Assembly: GCF_009914755.1 (NCBI RefSeq)
Contig: NC_060926.1
Direction: 5' to 3' (one strand)
Origin: the human T2T-CHM13v2.0 reference genome, Homo sapiens
DNA length: 64,000 nt
Shown here piece by piece: positions 28,954 through 42,894 of the stretch. Both the position numbers and the translations under genes were made by a program. The notes under the pieces are model-generated. The model saw nothing but the letters and a program-made list of their open reading frames with translations, did not search any database and was not told where the DNA came from. The first letter of the stretch is position 1, and the number at the start of each line of letters is the position of its first letter.

Positions 28954-31210
28954 GACAACTTATTAAAATGCTTCTTCTTATCTTACTTTTTTGAACTTTC
29001 TTTAGTAGAAATATATACTTTCTACTATATTATGGTAAAAATATATATTTTTTACTCTATGATAGTAAAAATGTACTTTCTACAATGTATAATTTAATTT
29101 TTAAAAATTTCATTGTTTTTACATTTTTGTATACCTATCTTAATACTTTGAGTCAAAATTCAGTCAAAATAGTCTTCAGCATTGTTATAAAGAACAGTCA
29201 TTCGTAGGTAACCTGGAATGATTTTGATACAGCTAAATTTCAGTTTTCATTCCTTTCTCTAACAGTTATAATTTGATTTTCAGTGTTTCACTGTCTTAGA
29301 TCTTTTTCAGCTTTTTTTCTCTTTCATTTTAGACATTGTCTACATACCTAATGATCATTATCACCTAGAGGGTCCTCATTCAGTTTGCTTTAATAGACTT
29401 GTCATCTGTATCAATCCAAGTCCAGGGAATTGGCTGTTTATTTTTTTCCCTAATTTAACATTTGCATGTCGATAGAAATTTGAGTGCTTGATTTTCTCTA
29501 TTTAGTGTATATCAATTAATGTCCAATTATAATCTTTTCCTTTTACCAGTACAAAGCTTGTTATTACCAGTACAAAGCTTGTGGAGTTTGGTACTTTCTT
29601 TGCACTGTGATATGTCTTAACATAATAAATACTAGAACAGTACCTATGTAAGTTTTTGCAGGTTTTATTCTTTCAGCTTTTGCTATTAAAACCTGCATAT
29701 ATGTAGATATTATTGTTCTGTTGGTTGTGACCTGGCTCTGTGTTCCTGCCCTTGAAGACTTGTGAATGAGTCATTTTTCTTCTATAACAATTGTGTTTGA
29801 CTTAAAAAAGAAAATCTTGGCTCAGATGTCTGATTCTGACATGAATTACTTTTTGCTGCAGATTCTTTTTGCTACAGATTCTGTTTTCCCCAGATTCTTC
29901 CCTGACTCTGACCACCATGGCTCTTTTAGGTATGAGGTCAATTTACTACCTATGACCTTCGCTTCTTCCCTACCTATGATTAGCCACTATGCAGACTTGG
30001 CATAAAGAATCTCAGAAGTCCTCCCTAGTACATCAATTTCTAGGACTTTCCTTTTGCCTATGCAGACAGCTTTACTCTGATTCCTTTCTAACCTATGCTG
30101 TTAATTGCAAGATAAGCATACCCAAATTAAGGACTTGTAACACACAGTCAACTTCTCCCTGAGTTAAGGAAGGAATGCTCCTTGAAAACGAAGAGAGAAA
30201 GCTCTGCTCCCCACCCCTCCCACATTCTCTTTAGAAGGGAGCAAGAGAGGTTTCAGGGACTTATTTCTAAGTGCAACACTTAAGTTTGGCCTGTGAGGGG
30301 TAAATAGTCCATTATCAGGAAAAAAAAAGTCTTACCATTACATAGTCAAAAACATAGACAAATACAGAATTTGTTGCATCAAACTTTACTTTTTTCCAAG
30401 GAATCAGCCATCAGTCCATACACATCATATGGGCATCAGGGGCCTCCTTCTCCTTCCTTTTCCCCCTTTTTTTCCAAAGTCTTGTTCACATTTTTGCATC
30501 TTTCCAGAGCTCTGCTTCTTAGTCAATAAGTTTGTGATCTTCCTTCTAGATGCATCTGAATGGCAGCAGCAGGCCCTGAGCTCATTAGCCTTTGCATGTT
30601 ATCCGCATCCTTTCAGGTGCTTGAACTTTCTCTCTGTCTCTTTCTCTATCTTAGGAATTCTTACCACCTCTTGTGGTCTGAGTTATTATACTTTATTATA
30701 CTAACAGATTCTCTGTCTTTTTTGGGTCTCACCAATAGCTTCCTCCTGAGAAGGCGACTATGTGAGGAAGAAAAGTGGCAGGTGAAAAAGGGTAAAGAAG
30801 CTCCATATTGTCACATAAGTATTCATAGTACCTCTTTGAAAAGACTCCAGAGTTTCTTGTGCAGATAGTAGAGAGGGCAAGAAGAAGACTTAACACTTCT
30901 GGTTGCTTTTATTCTTGTAGGAAAAGCGGAGTGAGTGCCTAAAGTAGAGAGAAAAAGCAGCTGCTTGCTGTCACCACTGGGGCTTGGTCAGGGCTGCCTC
31001 CTGCAGGTCCTTCATGGACTTGGTGAATGTGTATCCTTTTGACACTTAGGTTTGTGAAGGTAGAAACAAGACAAGCTTTTCTCTCTATGACTTCTTGGGA
31101 ATGGAGGAAAGAGGACAATTTTGGGCAAGACATTTGATACTTTATATAGAAAGTCGTTATAACACTTTTTCCTTTTTTTTTTTCTACTGGAAGTTCCTAC
31201 ACTAGGATAA

Positions 31211-32044
<834 letters not shown>

Positions 32045-32974
32045 AGACCTCTAATATATCTTAGTGCAATTATTCAGTGCAGTAACTTCGGGATCCTTTT
32101 CTTTACAGCCAGCGAAAGCAGTTTCCCAGGTTTGTGCACAAGCATTATTTTTGAGAGTGGTTCATCAATTTATTAAAATAATTTATGTTTTAACTATGTT
32201 GTGATAGGAATGGCCTGATTTGGCTGTATTAGGAACTGTGACCAATAGTTGATATTTGCAAGATGACATCAGTTACATGTGCTTTTTTTCAAGATACTTC
32301 TGTCAAATGATTAGTTCACAGGTTCTACATCTGTTTTGAGCTTAGGAGGTAGTAAGTTTCGTAATGTTTATTGTTTTCTAATGCATGTTTTTTGTCAAAG
32401 TTTTACAAAATTTTTGGTTAAATTTATTATGTGACATTGGAGATTGAGTTAGTACTTCTGCTTTTTGGTCTGATTTTCAGGTAGTTACTCTAAAGATATG
32501 GCTAGTTCTACATCTAAAACAAAAAAAGAAAATTTTACATTTTCTTACAGGAGTATTAGAAGCAACACCCTTTTGTATCAGGGGTTGATCATTAGGGGAT
32601 GGAGATGGGCCTCTATTGGAAGGAGTTTATGCTGTACATTTACTCAAGAAGGTAGTAGACAGATGAATGAAAGGTCCTAATCACCAATATTTGCTGAATA
32701 GGTTCTAGGGAATTATTACCTTAACTTCCAGCACATATACACACACAGGCTTCAAGCTGTAGCTGAATTTTGGTAGCATCTCTTCTCATCCTCTCTCCTT
32801 TTCAAGTTAGTCTGACAGTTTCTTCTTTCTAATATTTTATATAAAAACATTTCTGGTGAGGGACAGGCTAGAAGCCTAGGGTATTTCCACAAATCAAGAT
32901 TTTTTCCCCCATAGCTCTAGCTTCTTCCACATCCTGTTAGATTCCCGGTTATAACATACCAAAGCTAAATTAAT

Positions 32975-33132
32975 TAATTAGTGTTTAGAGCAGTTTTAGG
33001 TTCACAGCAAAATTGAGATGTATAGAGATTTCCCATATACCCCCTTGCCCTAACACATGCATAGCTTCCCCCATTATCAACATTCCCCACTGAAGTGGTA
33101 TATTTGTTACAACTGATGAAACTACATTGACA
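32975..33132 (-). mobile_element. L1MC1/2-like 3' end
   Basis: tttagagcagttttaggttcacagcaaaattgag...tttgttacaactgatgaaactacattgaca. Confidence 0.85.
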
Positions 33133-33449
33133 GTTAAGGAAAAATAAAAAGCAGTAACTTATTTTAAAGATCATCTTGATTTCCAGTACACTCTTCATTT
33201 GATATCACTTAGGCTAATACCTTAATCAATTCTCAATCTCCGTGTATACCCTCTTGGAATGGTGTGCCCACCAACCCTAGCACAGGAGGAGCAATAGGGC
33301 TGTAGCGACTCACTCATGTATTAACTTACTATATCTGTACAGGCAAATCAATCCAATTGCATGGTGATATTTACCTGCCTAAAAGGGACATTTTAAAACA
33401 AAAGAAAATAAACATGGGGTGAGATTGATTTTAATTTGATTACTTCCAG

Positions 33450-34020
33450 ATTAATTTGTTAATTCTTAGTAACAAATGATAGGAACAATCAGTGTTCTTG
33501 GTGCTATGATTATGAACACAAAGAAGACATACTCCTACCATCAAGTTGTATATTGTCAAGAGGGGAAAATCAGCTCATGAAGAGATGGTGATAATTATAT
33601 GCACCAAAATCAGTGCTAGATACTCAGGGGCTTATGAGAGCCTGGAAGAGGGTTATCTAACGCTGTCTGAGGTTGATGGTGAAGGAGATGGATAGAAAAG
33701 AATTCCCTTAGCTGCTGCCTCCAAAGTTTAAAATAAAAGGATAAGTTTGAGCGAAAGAGATGAATAAGCTGGGGTGGAAGAAGAAGAGAGAATGGTATTG
33801 TTGGCAGAGCATACAGCATTAGCAAAGCTTTGGAGTCCAGAAAGAGCACTATGCATATTGGAGGGAACATGGAGCAGTTTAACGTTGCTCAGGGGTAAAG
33901 CATAGAAAGGGAGAGGTGAGAGATGAGGGCAGATAATTAGGCAGGGGCATTATCTGCCATGTTAAGGAGTTTGGACATTTTCCTATAGCTGATGTTGTGC
34001 TAGTAAAGTTTAAAATGGCA
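33450..34020 (-). mobile_element. L2 relic
   Basis: Purine-rich L2-like text (agagcatacagcattagcaaagctttggag...gttaaggagtttggacattttcct). Confidence 0.65.
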
Positions 34021-34079
34021 CATGACAGACTTCCCCCTTTAATCGGACCATAACTTCAATTTCTTTCTGCTTTGAGGAA

Positions 34080-34330
34080 CTGCAGGTTATTTGTCAACCC
34101 AATGGTGTCAGAGGTGTTTTTCCGCTGATGAGTGGACAAGCCAAATTCTTCAGAGAGATGCTGCTGCCTGACCCATATGGCCCACTGACAGTTTGACAGT
34201 TGACAGCTTTTAGTCAGACTAGACTCACTTAAGCTGCTTACCCATCCTGAGGCGAGCACGCGGCCAGCGCCCGGACTCCACATCATTCTGGCTGTCTTAA
34301 TTGGGCACTAATTAAATGTTTTGGCTGGAA
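34080..34330. promoter_or_regulatory. Candidate developmental enhancer (TALE/MEIS plus homeodomain motif cluster)
   Basis: TGACAG x3 at 34186, 34194 and 34201; CpG cluster 34251-34274; TTAATTG..CTAATTAA at 34297-34315. Function is inferred. Confidence 0.45.
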
Positions 34331-37300
34331 ACCTCTCCTTGCCATGGCTGAATGGACTCATTTGAGGCCAGTATTTCAGGGAAACATCTTGTTAGGCTGA
34401 TCAGAATCCCTGTTTAAAAGGAAAATGCATATATTCAGTTTGTTCCTTCCTATTTTGGCCTAAGGATTTATCTCTTTTTTGCCTTTGAGAAAAAAACCCT
34501 AAAAATTTAAAAGGATGTATGTGTATGTATATATGTATAGATTCACATGTATAAATAACATATATTCATATGTATATATCCTCATTCACATACACACGCA
34601 TGTGCACATACACACACACACACGCACGGCTCAAGATAGGAGCTGATGGAAGCATAGCTCTACAGCCAAGAGGTCACATCCAAATTTTGTTTAAGCTAAA
34701 CATATGGTTTACTTTAAGCTAAACATATAGTTAATCTGCCTGTGGCTTATTTTCTTTATTTGTGACAAAGTCACAAGAAAAACATTAGAATGTTAGCATA
34801 ATATTTTAGAGTGAAAGTTAGGGATGAGGATAATTCACCTCGAATCCTAGGGCATTTACAAAAGGATAGATAGATGGGCTGAGATCTGTTTTCTATCTTT
34901 ACTTAGCTGTTGCATGCTGATAGGTATTTCTTTCTCAAATCATTCCAAAAGCAAAGTAGATAGCCAAGTGTTTGGGTTTCAAAGGGCTATCTTCAGTCTA
35001 CATTGCAAAGAGTGCCTGCAGTATCAACAAGGCTAAGCAGTAGGTACAGCAAATGCATTGAAGAAGAATATATTGAATGCACCAACCATCTTGCAGACCT
35101 TCAGGTGTTGGTTTTATAGCCATTGAAGGCATTGGAGGAGGTTACATCATTAACATGAAATAACAATTGTTATTTCTTAGGAATTCCTCCACTTTCTGAA
35201 ACTATACCTCTCTTATGAATTTTGCTTTTCTGGTAAAATAAGCCTAGTAATGTGATTTTTCCCCCAAAATAATGATGGTATTAATTGTATTAAACAAGAA
35301 CTAACATGAAAATTGAGATTTGTGGAGGCTAAAATTAATTCCTAAATTATAATTTTCTATGAAGAAATAGAATTAGATAACAGGGTTTCAAGGTGATTTC
35401 TTCTCTAAAAAGGAAAAATAAGATGTGCTCCAGTTCATGTATCTTCAATGCTTTCAATTATCTTAATGTGTATTAATATATATTATATGTGATAAGTATA
35501 GGTTTATAAGAGAAAACCTCATCAATTAGCTATTCTTGAGTACCTTTGCATTTGGTTACTAAGGAATAACCTGTTCATGATCAACAGTGGTAAAACAGAG
35601 CACAGTAAAACACTGCTCTATCTGAACTAAAGTAGATCTTCAAAACCTCTTTGATGTGCGTGCTTCTTTAGGTCTTAAGGACACATTAAAGTGTATGTTG
35701 AACTTTCTAATATTCACTTTATTTAACGAGAAATGTTTTCCTTCCTGTTTTGCCACTGTCTTTCCCTTCCATATCCACTCCCCCCTCCTTTTATTTTATT
35801 TTATTTTTTGTTCTGAGAAATGATTATGTGTGTTCTTTTCCTATTTAAAATTTAAAGAGTTACATTTGGGAGAGGAACAATGTAGGGAAAGGAAACCCCT
35901 GGAGTGTGTCTGATGTGATCGTTCTCCTCTGTGCCACCATTTTTCCTCCTGCTGTGGGAGCGCTAAATGATAATGCCTGATACCTTACCGAATAAAGCCT
36001 GACACGGTTTCCAGCTGTGAGCATGTGATCAGTTTTTATGTTTGATTTTTGCACACAAGTATACTACTGCAAGCATGTCCACAAACTACTTCACAAATGC
36101 TTTAAGGGGGGAATTGCTCTTGAGTGAATAAAACATTAAACAAACACTAAGTAATTGCATGAAAAAATAAAAAACCTTCATTTATTTTAGAAAGCCATGT
36201 TTCTGTTCAAACCCAGACTTTTAAAATAAATTTAATTTATATTCAATGGTCAGATATAACCACATAACCAATCCTCTATGAATTTACTTGCAAGCGAATT
36301 TTAATCTGAGATGAGTTGTCCAAACAGAAAAGAGACTGTTACTTCCTGTACTTTGCTGCAATGATTAAATATGATTGTAATTATACAATATGTTGATTCA
36401 TTTGTGAGAAACATTGACTAATATATCCACTATTATGTCATCTTAAAATGGAGTCTCGTAGGCTGTAATTTTTAAATCCATATTTTTCTTGAAGCAGCAT
36501 ATTACACATATATGATCCTGGTTTTAATGATATATTTTGGTAATAGTCTTAGATGTTAGAGTATTCTGTGTTAATGCCTATCTTATAATATACAATATAT
36601 ATTTCTTATTGTTAATTTGTTGATATTTATAAAAAAGCTGGCTATTCCAATTAGTAATTCTGAATTTAAAAATAAGATATTATTAAAACAAAAACAAATT
36701 ATCAGATACTGTTAATTCTGAAATTCTACTGCTGTCATTTACAAGGTGTATGGTGTGCCATGATGTTTGTTAACATCAAAATTAATCAGACACTTCTTCT
36801 TGGCTCACCTCACTGATCAGAGGGCAAAAAGGCGGGGATTGGGGGAGCTCCTAAAGGAGAACACTAGCAGACAAAAAGAAAAGTAATTTTATTTTTAGTG
36901 ATGAGATGGTTTGATCATTGGTTGTGGCTTAGTGGTTTAGAGATGGAAGGATAGGTGCATAATTTATAAATAAATGATAAGTACCTATACTCATATTTTT
37001 TAAAGCATTCTACTTCCATGCAGAATTCCATTTTCTGAATCCCACCCACTGCTTGTCCACCTGCAAGCACCAGACCGAGAGGAGGCCACTCCTATTCTCA
37101 GGCTTGTTAATATTAGATACAATATAATATTACATACAAGGGACAGGGATGTTACATTTAGAGAGAGTTAAGATTTCAAGTTTCCCAACAAAAGTAGAAA
37201 AAACAAACATTCCATCCTCAACTTTAGCTTTTAAAGATGTTGTAGAAGTATATGAAGAAATGGAGAAAGGATGGTGATAGTAATAGAATGGTTCTGCTAG

Positions 37301-37814
37301 TGATAACATGCTTGTTTTTAACTTTATATGCACCCACTTTAAATCCCCAATTGAACATTTCTAGTGGCTACTTGTTTTCTTGTAGAAATCTGGTATTTCC
37401 TGATTATCCCGATTATTGACAGAGTTTTTAGATGTGTCCTTACCATGGATGACAGTATTAAATCACTGTAGATATGCCGTCATCGTCTTTAGGGCCAGTC
37501 ATTACTATCCCAAAAAAGAGAGATAAATAAAGGAGAGGAATGGCAGTGAGTCATTAGACCCTCTGCAGAGAAACTACTTACCAACATTGCTTTCATGAAC
37601 TTTCCTTGTCAATGGGCTAGCAAAAAGAACAATGCTAGCCATTCACATAGACATGGAATTTGTGAATTTCTGAAGATTGGGGATTATTTCCAGTCCTGTT
37701 TTGGATTTTCATGAGCCATTAACTATTCTCTCTCTCTCTGTAAAGTATACATGCAAAATATGCAATGTTAAACATATTTGTTAAATGTATATATGTTAAA
37801 GATATGTTAAATGT

Positions 37815-38006
37815 GTTCATATATGTATTCATGTATTCATATATTCATGTATTCATATATAAACATGTATTCATATATTCATGTATTCATATATAAACAT
37901 GTATTCATATTTTCTCATGATGTGTTAAATAGACATTATTCAATATATATTAAATAATATATGTGTAAGATATATCTGTCTATCCATCCATCCATCCATC
38001 CAACCA
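37815..38006. repeat. AT-rich degenerate tandem repeat (atgtattcat units) and (TCCA)n
   Basis: Direct reading. Confidence 0.8.
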
Positions 38007-38387
38007 TGTATCTCCTTGAAGTGTGAGATTAATAAATGGCCATATTTCTTTCCGTTGTTATGTTAGGACTTTACAAAATATATGGTGTTTGAGAGTGATG
38101 GGGAATTGGTGTGGGAATTTGCCAGGATAAATACTTCCAGGATAGGTTGGAATATGGGAAAAATGGCAAGTGTGGGAAAGAGTAGAGAGTTACCAGATAT
38201 TTCGTAGCAATTGAGACAATCTGTGTTATGAACAAAATTACTCATTTGTATACTTCAGTTATTCTTCTGTTGAGTATAGATAATAATATTTCTTATCTCA
38301 CTTGCCCCAAGCTGCCGTTCCCAAACAGCTGCCATATACTAGGTCTCTTGCAGTTTATGACATCCAGAGGCAGAAAAAACGAATGCC

Positions 38388-38674
38388 TTTTTTTTTTTTT
38401 TTTTTGAGACGGAGTCTCACTCTGTCGCCCAGTGGTGAGATCTCCCCTCACTGCAAGCTCCGCCTCCCGGGTTGACGCCATTCTCATGCCTCAGCCTCCC
38501 GAGTAGCTGGGAGTACAGGCGCCCACCACCAAGCCTGGCTAATTTTTTGTATTTTTAGTAGAGACGGGGTTTCACCGTGTTAGCCAGGATGTTCTCGATT
38601 TCCTGACCTCGTGATCGGCCCGTCTTGGCCTTCCAAAGTGCTGGGATTACAGGCGTGAGCCACCGCGCCCGGCT
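38388..38674 (-). mobile_element. AluY-like with a short internal deletion
   Basis: gcaagctccgcctcccggg, caccgtgttagccaggatg; many CpGs retained; GAATGC on both flanks. Confidence 0.93.
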
Positions 38675-39479
38675 GGAATGCGTCTGATTTTTGTACCATT
38701 TAAAGAGGTGAAAAGCTCCCCTAGAAATCTCCCTGTAGATGCTCCCTGGTATTTCTTTGGCCAGAATCGTGGCACCTGCCAGTGTTTGAACCAGACACTT
38801 ACATGAGGGATGTGTTTTTCTGAGGCAGCAAAAGAGAAGACATTGCTCAGTTCAGAACAAGAAAGGGCAGTCTTCTAAAGCTTTTTGTCCCGCAGTTTCA
38901 AATAAGAAAAAACCTTCTGACCCATAAGAGTTAGGAATTTTGTACAGAGTCATTACAAATGTTGTCATCTAAATCCTGTTTGATGCAGAAAGGTGTCAGT
39001 GGCTTTAAAATTTTTTCAGTTTAAGTCATTCAGAAATTCTTTCGAAGTATATACATTGATAAGACAAAAACAGTCTACCACCTTATCTCCTAGATAAATC
39101 CAGATTCTGAATCTGTTTCTACCACCGTTTCCCAATTAAACAGCCAAAAAAGTCATTCCTTAGAATGGATTAATGACCTGCAAAATTCCATTTAAACATA
39201 GCCATTCTTGAGTTTTATTAGTGGAAAAATACAAACTGGTCTGTGGTCATGGATTATTACAGATTCACTCCAGACTGCTGAATTGAACTCTGATGAACCT
39301 GCGACACTCTCCATTAAACCTCAAAATGAGCTTTCTCTTAATTGGGGAGTAGGAAGGGAAAGTAAACTAGTGGCTGGTAAATGCCAGACTTGTGAATCAT
39401 TTCTTTATTTTGGACAAGAGTGTTGAAACGTTTTTAGATGTGCATGGAATTAAAAGAGAACAGGGTAGGGAAAGGAATT

Positions 39480-39665
39480 TATTTATTTATCAAGCCCTAC
39501 ACTTTTTCTGGGCAAATGTATGCATGGTATTTTTTAGACCTCAATATAATGCAAGAGGAAAGTAGTATTGTACTCATTTTTAGAGGATAAAATTGATTCT
39601 AGGAAGGTTAAGTGACTTGTGCCAGGCTAAATAATTAGTAGTGGCCCTAGGATTGAAACAAAAGC
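39480..39665 (-). mobile_element. MIR
   Basis: ctcatttttagaggataaaattga...aggttaagtgacttg...ctaggattgaa. Confidence 0.7.
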
Positions 39666-39704
39666 ATTCTATAGATATTTATTGAGTTAAGCTCTAGCTA
39701 CTAA

Positions 39705-39756
<52 letters not shown>
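39705..39756. repeat. (TATC)13 tetranucleotide STR
   Basis: Perfect TATC repeat, 52 bp. Confidence 0.95.
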
Positions 39757-39759
<3 letters not shown>

Positions 39760-40171
39760 ATAGTGAAAGAACCAGACATGATCTTTGTCTTTCTGGGGCT
39801 TATGGTTTAGAGGGGAAAACTAATATTAAAAAAAAAAAACTTCATGTAAAAATATATGTGATTATAAAGTTTGATAAGTATTATGAATAAAAAGTTCAGG
39901 GGGACATAATTTTCCTTGGAATGTCAGAATATGTAAGTAGGGACCTGAAAAATGAGGAACTATTATCTAGGTGAAGAATGGAGATAATTCTGTTCCCTCC
40001 AAGGAAATGGCCTATGTCAAGGCTCCAAGTAGGACATAAAAACTGACTGGAATAACCAGAGCATAGTAATTGAGGATGGTGTGATGAGGCTAGAAAATAG
40101 GCAAGGACCAGATTTTTATAGAGCTTTGGAAGACATGATACGGATTTAGATTTTTATCTAAAATGCAGGTC

Positions 40172-40503
<332 letters not shown>

Positions 40504-40836
40504 TCATAATTAAGATTCACAAAATCATACCTGTTGCTATGTAAGAAATGGATTAGAGGGGTTTCTTTCATATCTAGATCATACAACAAACACTTTTAAT
40601 CATAATTATATGTTTCTAGTGTTGTTAGTTAAATGAATGAAAGAATAAATGAATAATTGGATCTGCAGATAAAATGTAGAACAACGCTTTAAAAGACAAA
40701 TGAATTTTTGTTAGTCAGCACCAGAGAGAGAATTACCTACTAACATGGCTCTGAGAAAGTATTATAATATGGTTCTAAAGATAAAATTTACCTACCTCAC
40801 ATTTTTTATTTCTTTTTTCCTACTCTTATATATTAA

Positions 40837-40856
40837 TATTAGGTTGGTGCAAAAGT
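40837..40856 (+). mobile_element. Orphan MADE1/Hsmar1 terminal inverted repeat end
   Basis: TA followed by TTAGGTTGGTGCAAAAGT, matching the start of the mariner TIR. Confidence 0.65.
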
Positions 40857-41363
40857 GCTTTAGAGATTGAGCTTTTCAGAACTCTCTGCTTAAATTAAAT
40901 GTATTTCCTTTTTAGAAACTTTAGCTTTCTTTAAGTTAAAGTTTCCTAATGCTGAATACCTAACAACCTGATAAAATTATTTTAGAGTTGAAGGAATCAA
41001 GAGCTCAAAATATGCCTTCACCCCACAGGTTTTCAAATTCAGAATGATAGCTGCTCAGTGTGTATTTATGTGCTTGCCAGTATATACTAGATATATTTAA
41101 AGTTTTTTAGTTCTTTTCCCTCTAAGCAGAGGCATTAATGGGCTATTATTGTTATAATGGATGTATTGGTGGTTTATGAAGAAATTACTCTTAGGGGTAT
41201 ATGCATATTCACTTGTATATAAAGACAAACATTGACCCTCAAGGTGTCCATTTACATTTTAGGCTTTTCAGCTTCCTGACTTACAAGGGAACTATCAATA
41301 TATTTAAAAATAAACAAAGAAATAACAGAATTGGAAGTCTACATAAAAGATCACCTAACCCAC

Positions 41364-41668
41364 TGCATGGTTTGGATGTGTCTCTCAAAATTTGTGTGTT
41401 AATTCCAAATGCAACAGTGTTGGGAGGTGGAAACTAATGGGAAGTGTTTAGATCAGGAGGGCTTTGCCCTCATGAATAGATTAATTCTACTATGAAAAGG
41501 GTTTGAGGGAGTGGGTTCACTCTCTTTTGCTCTTCTTCATGTGAACACCCAGTACCTTGATCTCGGACTTACCAGCCTCCAGAACAGTGATAAATAAATT
41601 TCCGTTTTTAAAAATAATTTACCCAGCCTGTGGTATTCTATGATAGCAATAAAAAACAAACTAAAACA
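41364..41668 (+). mobile_element. MSTB-type (MaLR) solo LTR with an internal deletion
   Basis: tgcatggtttggatgtgt...ccagcctccagaac...actaaaaca; TSD CCCAC at 41359-41363 and 41669-41673. Confidence 0.88.
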
Positions 41669-41859
41669 CCCACCATGTTTATATTTCAAGCAGAGAAGCT
41701 TTTGTAAGGAGTTGGGCTCCTTTTTTGTTGTCATCGAGGAAAGACAGTGTCTCTCCCCACTGGTCACTGAGGATCTGTAATAATCTCCTTGAGAGCAGGT
41801 CACTATCTGAAGTAGAATATCATTTGGCCTTGTACACCTTGAGACCCCTGTGGTGATCA

Positions 41860-42110
41860 GACATTTGAATATGCTATCCTCTCTGTCTGGAATGTTTTCT
41901 TCTCTCCTTTTCACTTCATACTCATCCTTCAAAATGCAGTGATCTTATTTTTCTAGGGCAGTCTTCCCTGAATTCTCTTTTATGTTAAATTAGATTATAC
42001 TATCTTTTGGGGCCCTCTGAGTACCATGGAATTTATCACAGCTGAAACTTTACAAATATTTGTGTGGTTATTTGATTAATATTTAGTTTGTGAGCTCCTA
42101 AGGTAAATAA
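41860..42110 (+). mobile_element. L2 fragment
   Basis: tgctatcctctctgtctggaatgtt...tactcatccttcaa...tgtgagctcc. Confidence 0.6.
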
Positions 42111-42190
42111 CAGCTCAGTGACAGTGACATCCAGCATATATGAATGCAACCAAGGAAAGGCAATTAATATCTTCACCAGTTTCACAATAA

Positions 42191-42537
<347 letters not shown>

Positions 42538-42589
42538 TAAGTTTATTACAAAAGATGTCTCATTATTAGAATGCTATAGAAATTCCTTC

Positions 42590-42894
42590 CTTTTTTTACT
42601 TATTTATTTATTTTTGAGACAGTCTCGCTTTGTCACCCAAGCTGGAGTGCGGTGTTGTGATCATGGCTCACTGCTGCCTCAACCTCCTGGCTGCAAGTGA
42701 TCCACCCACCTCAGCCTTCCAAGTAGCTGGGAGTACAGGCATATGCCACCATGCCTAGCTAATATTTTAAATTTTTGTGGAGATGGCATCTTGCTATGTT
42801 GCTGAGGCTGGCCTTGAACTCCTGGGTTCATGCCATCCTCTCATCTTGGCCTTCCAAAGTGCTGGAATTACAGGTCTGAGCCACCATGCCTGGC
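42590..42894 (-). mobile_element. AluJ
   Basis: gatcatggctcactg, tcttgctatgttgc J-type. Confidence 0.92.

Noticed and set aside
32534-32660. Acceptor ttttcttacAG with a 101-nt putative exon ending AAG|GTAGTA
   Set aside because: Weak donor, only one open frame and no recognisable peptide; insufficient support.
37815-37910. Repeat-spacer-like periodicity (CRISPR-like)
   Set aside because: Low-complexity AT tandem repeat with no unique spacers, in eukaryotic DNA.
38300-38800. Possible old MaLR/ERVL LTR around the AluY
   Set aside because: Only short motifs (ttggccagaa) are recognisable; family and boundaries cannot be supported.
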